From Felis catus (taxonomy: Eukaryota): a DNA stretch of 64,000 bases. Within the stretch, counting starts at the first letter, position 1. Every line of letters begins with the position of its first letter. The notes under the pieces are model-generated. The model searched no databases. It was given only the letters and a program-made list of their open reading frames with translations, and had not been told where the DNA came from. The stretch spans positions 5,022,001-5,086,000 of the forward strand of contig NC_058368.1 of NCBI RefSeq assembly GCF_018350175.1, read 5' to 3'. Positions 37,814-50,000 of the stretch are shown here, piece after piece. The position numbers and the translations under genes are program-made.

Positions 37814-40800
37814 GGAAAGTAAAAGAAGACAGGAAGTTACCAAAGAAATGGAGAAGTAATTTCCCCAAAGCGAGCTCCCAAAGAGAATTTCTAAAAACAC
37901 GCCAAAGCACCTCAGTGTGAAATTTCAGAACACTAGGGGGAAAAGCAGATTCTAAAAGCTTCCCGAGGAGAAACAATCAGGTCACAAAGGACTGGGAGTC
38001 AGAAGTGGCAAGGGACTCCCCAACTTACTAGCTGTTAGATCTAGGAAAAGTGGTTTACTCTCTCTGATAGTCTCCCCATCTGAAAGTTACAGGTAGTTAG
38101 TAGAGGCTACCTTATCAGATTGTCGTGGGGATTTCATGCATATGAAGCATCTAACACATAGTACCTCGGGGCCTACTATACAAGCTACAAAGAAAACTCT
38201 GCGGTAATGGGCAATCTCTATTACAGCATCTCAGTACAAAGATGCCTCCTCCCCCTCTTCATATTGCAGAATCCTTCTGTTTGAAGAGCTTTCTACAAAA
38301 ACTGAGAGCCTGAAATACCCTTGGTTTTCTCCTTTTTCTTAGTTGGCTTCTCAAGACTGTCTGGTTTCCCCCAATACACGGGATGAAAAGAGAACCACAG
38401 GGAAGAAGAAGAACCTATCTGTGCCTTAATCCTATACTTTCAGGTCCCTATGAGAAGGAAAGAAAGACTGAAGGAGGGCGGGAGAGAAAGAAACATGACA
38501 AGTATGAAAGTTTCTGTATTTCAGGCTACTTTTGTCTTAAAATTTCAAAAACGTAACCCAGAGTTCCCTATCAGCAACGTTACAATAATGATCTCTTGAT
38601 GTAAAAGCGAGTGCTCTTTAGGATGCTTAAACCCAAAGAGGGGTTACACCTCGTTTGTAAATTAACAAAAGAAAAAAGAAAATCTTCTTTTCTTACCTCT
38701 TTATGTTCATGATAGTAGGAAAGAACTGGGAATCTTCCCTTGCTCCGGAACTTGGAACTACCAACAATTATTGGTTTACTTGCTATTCGGGGAACATAAA
38801 GTTCTCTGGGGTAAGTTTCACAAATCTGTAAAAAATCAAGTAAAACATAACCATTCTTCTCACCATGCAAAGACCATGAGGTTAAAAACCACCTTCAAAA
38901 AACTTTCAAACTCATTAAATGCAAGTGCGGTACACATATGGACAGACAACTTGCTGCTGGGAAACTCTCGGGCCCTGGGACTAACGTTTTCTGAATTTCT
39001 CCCAAAAGGTTGCTACGTCGAAGTAAATCAGAAAAAGACAAATACCGCATGATTTCACTCGTACATCAAATTTAAGCAACGAAACAAATGAGCAAAGGGG
39101 AAAAAAGAGAGAGAGTGAGAGACAAGCCAGGAAACAGACTCTTTACGGAGAACAGATGGTTACCAGAGGGGAAGGGGGAGGACGGGTTACACAGGTGATG
39201 GGGGTTAAGGACGGCACTTGTGAGGAGCCCCCCGTGTTGTAAAGAAGTGTTGAGTCACTGTGTTGTACACCTGAAACTAATATTACACTGTATGTTAACT
39301 ACCTGGAATTTAAATAAAAACTTAAAAAAAAAAAAAGGTCGCTAAGTTACCTTGTATTCTCGGTTGGCATCAGACAGCTGCCAGTTTGAATTTGGCACTC
39401 CCATCCTCTTATATTCCTCGGCAAGGTCAATGAGCTGCCAGCCTCGGAGTCGCTCTGAATCGTTTTGTTTGGGATTGTAAGAGAATGCATAGAGATCTTC
39501 ATATTTTGCTGTAGTATACAAAACACATAAATGTTAAGCTGCTACTATTATAGGATTTATAGTTAAAATTCTACAAATAACAGTTTTTCAGTTGTTTTTT
39601 TTTTTAATGTTTATTTATTTTTGAGAGAGAGAAAGACAGAGTGTGAGCGAGGGAGGGGCAAAGAGAGAGGAAGACACAGAATCCGAAGCAGGCTCCAGGC
39701 TCTGAGCTGTCGGCACAGAGCCTGACGCGGGGCTGGAACCCACGAACTGAGCCGAAGTCAGACGCTTAACCGACTGAGCCACCCAGGCACCCCAACAGTT
39801 TTTCAGTTTTATCCCTTCATTTTTCCTTTAAAATTTTCAGAGAGATAACTAATACCTGAACATATTTGAACTGAGTATTTTCTCAGCTTGTTAATTCACA
39901 TGATTATATCTAAAGGGATATCAATCTGAGATTCAATTTATATCATCAGCAAAAGCTAATAAATAATATTTTATTATAATACCCTAGTGTAATACTTCTT
40001 TTTAAAAGTAAACTTCTAATGACGTACACACTTCTCACCCACCACTCTTCCCAAACGAGATGTGAAATGAAAATACTAATGCTACATTCCTATACATTCC
40101 TATTTCATGCCACATTCCACGTACATTCCTATAGGACGGTGTCGACCAAAAGTGGCAATGGTTGTACGGAGCTCCGGACAGCACTTGTTCCTGAACAGTG
40201 CTGAGCCCCTAAAGTGACAGAACCATCTTTACTATAAGATTTGGCGTAACCTGGGACACTGGGATAAATGCTACAGGCTTTATGTGTTAGGAGAGAAGGG
40301 TGTACATACACCTTATCCTAGGCCACTACAGTGCGGGTGTTCAACAAAAAAGTACACTTAGTAACCAGTGTGCTTTGTCTCCCTGGAAAGGTCTATGTAA
40401 TTCAAGTCAATGTTGAGGGAAAGAAGCCTCCAGATCCTGAAGGCGTAAGCAGTAATAGGATTCTTCTCTTGGGCCTACATGTCTCTCACTCCTACCTCTA
40501 CTAACGTTGGATTCACCCTCTATTTCTCCTTTGGTGATCTCCCTTATGTTCCACTCTGGGCAATTAAATATACTAGTCCCACTGCTACCAAAGGAGCCCA
40601 ACCTTCCTTAACTTCTCATTTAGCAACCAATTTCCAAGTCATTGGAACACCTTATTTGTGGGACACCCACTTGAAAAAAAAAAAAAAAAGAAAGCTGTTC
40701 TGTTGGCTACCAACAAACTTTAAAAACGTTAACATGAATCTATGCTTTTTAAAATCTGTACTCTGAATGCTTCATTTTTTCTTTACTCTTACCCCTTCTT

Positions 40801-41032
40801 TGGAAACCATTCTTACAAGTCAGATCAGAAGCAGCTAATTATTTCTAAGCCAAATTTTTTGGAATAGGATGCATAAGAACTTGACTTAAGAGTTAAAGTA
40901 CCTACCTAAACGATACAAAAATACAGATTTGAAGGGGTACATGCACCCCATTGTTTACAGCAGCATTATCAACAATAGCCAAACTATGGAGACAGCCCAA
41001 ACGTCCATTGACGAATGGATAAAGAAAATGTG

Positions 41033-41097
<65 letters not shown>

Positions 41098-44000
41098 TAT
41101 ATATATACACACACACACAATGTGATATTACTCAACCATCAAAAAGAATGGAATCTTACCATTCGCAACAAGGTGGATGGAGCTAGAATGTATTACGCTA
41201 AGCAAAATAAGTCATTCAGAGAAAGACAAATATCATATAATTTCACCTATATGTGGAATTTAAGAAACAAAGCTGATTAACATATGGGAAGGGGGGGAGA
41301 GAAGAGAGGGAAACAAACTACAAGAGATTCTTTTTTTTTTTTTTAATGTTTTTATTTATTTTTGAGACAGAGAGAGACAGAGCATGAGCAGGGGAGGGGC
41401 AGAGAGAGGGGGAAACACAGAATCTGAAGCGGGCTCCAGGCTCTGAGCTGTCAGCACAGAGCCTGACGCGGGGCTCGAACTCACGGAGTGTGAGATCACG
41501 ACCTGAGCTGAAGTCGGACGCTCAACCGACTGAGCCACCCAGGCGCCCCATACAAGAGATTCTTAATGACAGAGAACAAACTGAGGGTTGATGGTGGGAG
41601 GTGGATGGGAGATGAGCTAGGTGGGTGATGGGCACTAAGGAGGGCACTTGTTGTGATGAGCACCAGTAGTATGTAAGTGATGTGTCAAAGAATTCTACTC
41701 CTGAAACCAATATTTCACTGTATGTTAACTAACAGAATTTAAATTAAAACACACACAAAGAGTAACTTAAAGTATAAAGTAACAATGAGATTTAATCCAT
41801 CACAAAATTAAGTAAGCTTTGGTCTCTCATAACAGTACCTTGTTTTGACAGTTGTAGCAGGGAATTGTAAATATCATGGCAATCTCTTTCTCTGGGAACA
41901 ATGAAATGCACAATCCTGAAGTTCTTGCACTGAATCACAAGTGGGCATCCAGAAGTAGTCAAAGCTAGTTTCTCCACTAAGGCAATATGGTGATGCAATA
42001 TCTACAGCATGAAAAAAACATTTGATCAGCGTCGTAAAAAAGTACTAAACATCGTATTCTCTTCCAGAGCGCATACGTGTTAGAAATGCCCTCTTCGGGG
42101 CGCCTGGGTGGCTCAGTCGGTTAAGCTGTCCGACTTCAGCTCAGGTCACGATCTCACAGTCCGTGAGTTCGAGCCCCGCGTTGGGCTCTGGGCTGATGGC
42201 CCAGAGCCTGGAGCCTGCTTCCAATTCTGTGTCTCCCTCTCTCTCTGCTCCTCCCCCGTTCATGCTCTGTCTCTCTCTGTCTCAAAAATAAATAAACGTT
42301 AAAAAAAAAAAATTAAAAAAAAAAAAAAAAAAAAAAGAAATGCCCTCTTCAACCAAAGTCCTCAGGCTTTGTGACTGAATGCCTGAACCAGAACTATGCT
42401 CTGATACTTCTCCATCGCTCCGCACATTCAATACATCGTCAGACCCCAACAACCGCGTCTCCTACATCTCTCTGGAACCTACTTCTCTCGGTGTCCACTG
42501 TCACTCCTCTAGCTGCAGTGCTCCCACTGTTTCTCACCTGAGTAACTGTAAGTCACCGCCTACATGCTCTCTCCCTACCTTCTCTTACCTACTCTTACCT
42601 TCCTCTAATCCATTTTCTACAGGACAGGTGATGACTATTAAAAAACGATTTAGAAAACAGCAATCTGGTCATGTCATTTCCCAGACTCTGGGTTCTAGAC
42701 TCATTTCCAGCCCCTCCCCACATCGACTTCGAGTGACAAGGGCCCTTTCTGCATCAACCTCCTTCACACGCACTCAGTTGTTCTTACTAACTGGCAAACT
42801 GTAGGTCTGCCTCTTCACCTAGGAACTTCTAGTATTATTTCTGGCCTTTGCTTAAACCTCACCACCAAGAAAAACAGCCTGACAACTCCCATGGCCTTTC
42901 TCATGGGAAAAGTTAGGTCCTCTCCATTTCCTTATCCCTTATCAGCCTATACTTTTCCATCACGGCACTCAGAACACGAGTAATTCCTTGTATACAGTGA
43001 ATGTCTATTTCTCCAGCTAGATGTTGGGAACTTCATACAGAGCAATACCACAGCTAAGTTGAGCAACGTTCTATCTCTAGCACCTAACACAGTATCTGGA
43101 GCATTGGAGCGACCCTGATCAAATAGAAAAAGAAAGTTTCAACTGTTATATCTTATACATGCAAACTTAAAATCTGACCAAACCAGCAATACAGGTGTCA
43201 CTGCTTATACCTCCCTTACAATGTTTCCTGACTGAATGAAGAGAAAGTTCTACTATAAACTCAATACTTGATGGCATTTTAAAGATATAGTTATCATTCA
43301 TATGAGTTCTAATATTCTGTTTGCTACTAAAAAAAGTTTTCTTTTTCTCAATACCATTCCTATTAATTTAAAGCATTTTTTAAAACGTTTACTTAAGAGA
43401 GCAAGCAGGGTAGGGGCAGAGAGAGAAGAGACAGAGAATCCCAAGCAGGCTCTGCACTCAGTGAAAAGCCCAACACAGGGCTCAAACTCATGAACCGTGA
43501 GATGATGACCTAAGCCAAAATCAAGAGACCGACAGTTAACCGACTTAGCCACCCAGGCACCCCTACTTTAAAATATTTACAGAAAAGTTTTCTGGAAAAT
43601 AAAAGATCTCAAGAGTTATAGCAGATTCCTAAATGATAGAACTCAATCATGACAAGAAATAAATTCATCCCAAATTAATCTAAAACTTTAATGTAAGTTC
43701 CAATAAATAATTCCAAATGGCTTTTTGCCTTTTTCTGTGGTAGGGTAAGAGATGGCTGGTTATTTATATATCATATATATGTACTATATAATTATAAAAT
43801 TAAATGCTAGTATTATTAATCACTAATTATATATTTTTTCTAAAGTTCACACGCAAGATTAAATCTGTAATATAATCAAGACAAGCTTAAAAAAGACTAA
43901 TGAGGAAAGAATTTGCTCTACAGACATTAAAAGTGTAGGGGCGCCTGGGTGGCGCAGTCGGTTAAGTGTCCGACTTCAGCCAGGTCACGATCTCGCGGTC

Positions 44001-47000
44001 CGTGAGTTCGAGCCCCGCGTCGGGCTCTGGGCTGATGGCTCAGAGCCTGGAGCCTGTTTCCGATTCTGTGTCTCCCTCTCTCTCTGCCCCTTCCCCGTTC
44101 ATGCTCTGTCTCTCTCTGTCCCAAAAATAAATAAACGTTGAAAAAAAAAAATTTAAAAAAAAGTATACATCACACAAATATTTAACACACACTACACATG
44201 TACGGCTCACACTTGTGGCTAACATTTAGCACTGTTAACATTGATATTAGCAGGCCTGTGCCAAGTTACTCAAAATGGTCTAATACTAACATCTAAATAG
44301 AGAACAAGAGACAACAGCTACTGTAATAATATGTCACTATCGCGATTCTAATTATGACCCAAAATTATTTGCAAGAAAATGCTGCAGAGACCGGCTCTGC
44401 CACTAACTAGTGACATGACCTTGAAAGAAAAATCATCTGTAAAATGAGAAAAAAGATAAAAAGTTGGTAAGTCTCTAGATCTAAAATGTTCATTTCTGTG
44501 GATCTACTATACGAAACAGATTTCATTCAGGAGAGACATATGGGAATATACTGATAAGAAGGCATTTTAAAGACAATAATAGGAGAGGACAACACCGATA
44601 TCTTCTCACTGCCCCAAAACTATGTTCTCAACATCCGCAAGAAGAGGTCTAGGGGAAACTTGCACATGTATCGCGAGGAGATGCGTAACATACTGAGAAG
44701 GTATTAGGAGAGACGGACAAAGGAGGCGTAGATAGAGTGGGTGGTAGCATGACTAAGGATTTTACAAGGCCCTCCTGGCAGCTCCCGGGCCAACACTGCG
44801 TGGGGAGGAGGTCCAGTGCCTCTTGGGAACACAACTTCTCCGAGATCAACATCTCAGGGAAGTATCTTGACTTACTGACTGCAATCAGTTATCAACTGGA
44901 TGGCCTTCCTGGGAAAATCAAGAGTACAATCAAAGAGAGATTGTATTAAAAAGCTAGAGTCAATCAAGGAATGTGCTACTGGTACAGTGGAAGCAATATA
45001 TCAAAAGAACAGGACAGGGAGCCTAAAAGCAGGCCCTCCCTTTATCTATCACAGTTGATAGTACACATTAATGCAACGAAACCGTCAGTAAATGGTGCCA
45101 GTATCCATATGAAAAGAACATGAAAATGAATCCCTAAGTCATATCGCCCACCAAAATATTTCCCAGATATATTAACAACTTATACTTGAAACACAAAATG
45201 TAAGTTTTTAGAAAAAAAAAAAAAATAGAATCCCTTAAGTCACAAGACAGCATAAACCATAAAAGAAACAATGAAAATCTAATACATTAAAATTTCAAAC
45301 TTTAGTTGCAAGACGTATACACATACAAGACAAGCCACACACTGGGAGAAGTTATCCACGACACATACACCTGACAAAACATTAAAAACCAAAATTCTTA
45401 TAAAGCCAGTAAAAGGATAAACAGCCCAACAGAAAAAGAAAAGGAAACCTAAAGGCCAAAATATCTGAAAGGACAACTTTCTCATAATCAGTAAATTAAA
45501 ATCACAATTGCACATCCACCAGAGAGGCAAACATTGTAAAGCTGACAATGTCAATGTGGCTGATGAGGGCGGACCATGAGTCACACTCTACTGAGAATAT
45601 TCTGAAACAACTATTTTGGAGAGGTGCCACACTTAGCGAAGGAAAATATAAACTTATCTTAGACCCAGTAATTTTACTCTCAGCCAGATACCTCCGAGAC
45701 ACTCTGGCACATATACAGGAAGAAATATATATAAAATATCCATTACTGTACTGTTTGATCTATAATCAATCAACTTAAAAAACACTGTAATTGCAATTTG
45801 GTATAAAAATACCACGGAATAGGCCATTTGATCTATTAAACATGGGCATGTATTATTTACGTTTTTAAAAATTAAAAGGAACAAGTAGGTATTTTATAAT
45901 TATTTATGCAGATAAAAAGAGCCTTGCTATATTCTATAAAAAATTTCCACATTCCACATGGTATCTTTGTTTTATTAGGAAGGAGGGTAGAGAATAGGTT
46001 GTTGAATTTTGTTGAAAATAGGTAACCAAGGATTAAATTATTTGTACATGACCAAAATAAAACACAGCTATAGGCCAAGTCCATTATTATAAGTATGGTA
46101 AGCAGCACAGCAGATGTCCTTCTTACCCAGGTTTCTTTCTGATGAGAGTCTATAAATAATAGATGTGTGGCTGTAAGATAGAGTGTTCCTGTTAGTGACT
46201 TGTTGCTGGTACTGAATCGGTCAAGTAATTTCACTTGCTCAACCTAAAAAAAAAAAAAAAAGATGTTATCTCTCATTTCACAAGTAACACAAATTCTTTG
46301 TTATCCCAGGATTTAAATGATCAGCTCCAATTTTTTTTCCTCCTTCTGTTCAAACACACGAGTTTATTTAATGTTGAACATTAAATTTCACGTATCTCGG
46401 GGAACAGGTACACCATCAGTAACCTGGGTACTTTTTAGAGTTAAAATTATAACCGATACAGAAACTCCGTAAAAAAATATTAACACAGATACTAAGTGGA
46501 ACAGAAAGGAAGCATGTGGTATAAACAGAAACAGTTTTCATATCCAAGAGTCCGTAAATTTTAGGTTGGCGAATTAGGTAATAAATACAAAAGGTCATTT
46601 ACCTAGGGTCATGGAGGTAAACTACCAGAAAAATGAAATCAGGAAACAGTTAAATGGTTGCAAACTCCAACTGAATTTCTCTATTCTCTTCACCACTCCA
46701 CCCAGGACCATGTTTTGTAGCCACCCCTGTGCTTTTCCTCACACCGTTCTCCCTTTCTAAGACAGTATCTTCTGCTTAGCTAAGTGCTAAGCACTCTTCG
46801 AGGCTCACTGATGCCCAGTCTCTTAACCCGAGTCCTTCTCAGAAAATTGATTAATGTCTCAGCTTTGTAGTTCCTCCCGGTTCTGAATGCCCCATCACGG
46901 ATTATGTCACCCGCTGCTTCCGTGTTGTCTAGTGGATGAGGCAGTGAGGTACGTAGTAGTTCTTTATTAATAGTAAACACCCACACATGCCCTGTGCGCA

Positions 47001-50000
47001 CGCGCACACGCAGGGTTGCCATTGGGGAATGGGGTTAGAGTTGGCGGGAATGTGCAGGATGCTACTGTTTTGAAAACACAGTATTTATGGCTGTGCCTAC
47101 TCATGGGGACGGGAAAAAAGTAAAACAACCATAACCAAGTTAAAATTTTGATCGGCAGCTATAAGAGTAGGCTGTGGATAATTCTTTAACTTGTGTGTCT
47201 TCAAAACCAGATTACTAACAGTTATCTCATTAATTCTGTACTTTTCCCATACATACTTTGTTCCTTACTAAAACTGAAGAAACAAATGCCCCCCATTATG
47301 AAATTATGATCTTCAGTGTAATAACTACCATGTAAAACACTAATTAGCTTCCCCCAAAGAAACTTCCTTCCAGGGTTTTGCACTCATAACAGTTGCTGTC
47401 CAAATAAGTCAAAATTTAAATGTAAAAATAAAGCACCTGTTTTTGACAGAAAATTTTATTTGCAAGATTAAGGCAATGAATTGAGTTTTAAGTCTTTCTT
47501 CTGGAAACTTATAGAGATATGATCTAATTTATATGGCTGAGTTCTCACAGTTGATTTGACAGGCAAAAACTGCCAGATCATCATACTCCTTGTCCTTTAT
47601 AAAAGACAACAGGAAAACCTCCTTCTTATAAACCCGTATGAAGATTTCTCTTGGAGATCAGATTTGTTTAGGACCACTCCTTCCTTAGATAAAATTCTAA
47701 CTTCATTATGCAACACACTTTGAATCCACACTTAAATTTAAACACTTGTAAAACAATGGGTCAATTACTGTTTACCCCTCTTCCACCGTGCTGGACTTGG
47801 CTGTAAGGGCACTGCGGCCAACCAACAGCAATGACCCCAGTACAAAATCTCACCTGCCGCATCTCTGAAGCAATGAAAGCGAAGTGCCAATGGCACTGAA
47901 GAAAAGAGAACTGATGAATATACTTGGAAATAAAGGTGACTGTAAAGTGTCGACACTACTCAAGCAAACAATTTGTGCCACTTCACACGCTACTCAGAAA
48001 AGATTTAAAAAAAAAAAAAAAAGATATTGGCAAGTAGTTTAAAGGGAGTAGGGGCTGATGTTGTTATTACCGTTTATTTAAATGAACAGTAAGTTCTTTT
48101 TTAAGTCCACGTGAAGAGTTTTAATCTGTGGATTTTTAAAAGGTCGTAAGTATTTCTTGTTATGCTCCAATCATAAGCTGTAATAATTTCTTGACAAGGC
48201 ACAAATTCTCTACGCACAATTATCCACATGCAAAACAATCACACCACTTTTCATTTGAATGTTAACCCTCTTCCCTCCATCCCCTACCTGGGGCTCTCGT
48301 CCACTGTCATTGGGTTAGCCTATACGTTAATGATTCCCCAAACTAAATGCCAACTCTGAGCTCTCCTGACTTTACACCGTCTGTTATACATATAATAACA
48401 ATAATTCCTGACATAGTACTGAGGTCTTATTATGTGGCCAGTACTATGATAAGTGCTTCACATACATCATTTCTTTTCACAATTCCTATGCGGTAAGTAC
48501 TATTAGTGTCTGTACAAAAAATGAGACTTAGAGAAGTTAAATGTCCCAACACCACACAGCAAGTAACGGCTAGTAAGCGGAACAGCACTGAACAGGAATA
48601 GTCTGATTCCTGAAGCAGGACACCTTCCCACCATGCTAAACTGCTCTACTTGAGTGTCTAAAGAGTTATGTTAAGCATGTGAAGATGAAACTGATTTTCC
48701 CTCGCCCCTCACAAATAGGTTCCCAATCCTGTATTTCTGAACTGAGTGAATATTAACCCGTCCTCATCCAGTCACCCACATTAGAAATCTGGGACTCATC
48801 CTATGATCCCCAACGTTCAATTAATCACCAATTCCTACCAATTTTATGGCCTACATATTCTAAAAATCTGCACCTTCCACTACTATTAGGGTAGTTCCTA
48901 CAATATAATGAAATCATCTGTTCACGTGCCCATCTCTCCCACTCAAGCTATAACATACCCCAGGGCAAGAACTCTTATTTTTTTAATAAAGTTTTTTTTT
49001 TTTTAATGTTTATTTTGAGAGAGGGATCAAGCACAAGCGGAGGAGGGGCAGAGAAAGAGGGACAGAAGATCCGAAGCAGGTTCTGCGCTGACAGCAGAGA
49101 GCCTGATGTGGGGCTTGAACCCATGGACTAGGAGATTACAACTTGAGCCAAAGTCGGACGCTTAACTGTATGAGCCACCCAGGCACCCCAAGAACTGTCT
49201 CTTATTTTTGTCTGACTACCTAACAACTAGTATCACATTTGACACAATAAATGTTTGCTAAACGAAAGTGAACAGCCACAGAGAAATTTCTCACGGGGGG
49301 GAAAGAGAAGGTGCCCACAATTTACGATGGTCTCTTTTGCTGAAATCATCCAAGAGATTCATTACAAAAAATTTTTCCTTGTAACATTATACTGTCCCTA
49401 AGGTCTCTCTGCCACCTTTTCCCTACACAGTAGGTGAACAGTAGACATTCAGGGGTTTACAACTAAATGAACAAACTTAAAATCAGTGGAAAAATTACTA
49501 ATAGGGTTCAGCTTTTTTTGTTTTTAAATACATGTGTGGACTCTCAGTCTGCTATTCCCACCTCATCACCCAATTAGGACAAAGCCACTCTTCTTCTAGA
49601 GCTGCGTAACACTACACAGCTCTTTCAGGCTTGCTGTCTATCAAGATTAGAAATTCAGGTCACAAATACTCTTCCTGGGGCACCTGTGTGGGTCAGTCGG
49701 TTGAGTGTCCCACTCTTGATCTCAGCTTAGATCTTGATCTCAGGGTCATGAGTTCAGGCCCAGTGTTGGGCTCCGTGTTGAACGTGGATCCTACTTAAAA
49801 ACAAACAAACAAAACTCTTCCTAACACTCCAAGCCTATTTCTTGATTCCCCCTAATTTCTATATCCAAAATTATCTGAAACTCCATTTATTAGATCTCTA
49901 ATTCTGGCTACCTACACACAAGTCCCAAAGCCTACCTGTTCCTCTGAACCATCTCCAAAACTCTACATAAATATAAATCCCAAGCCCCACTGAACTACAT

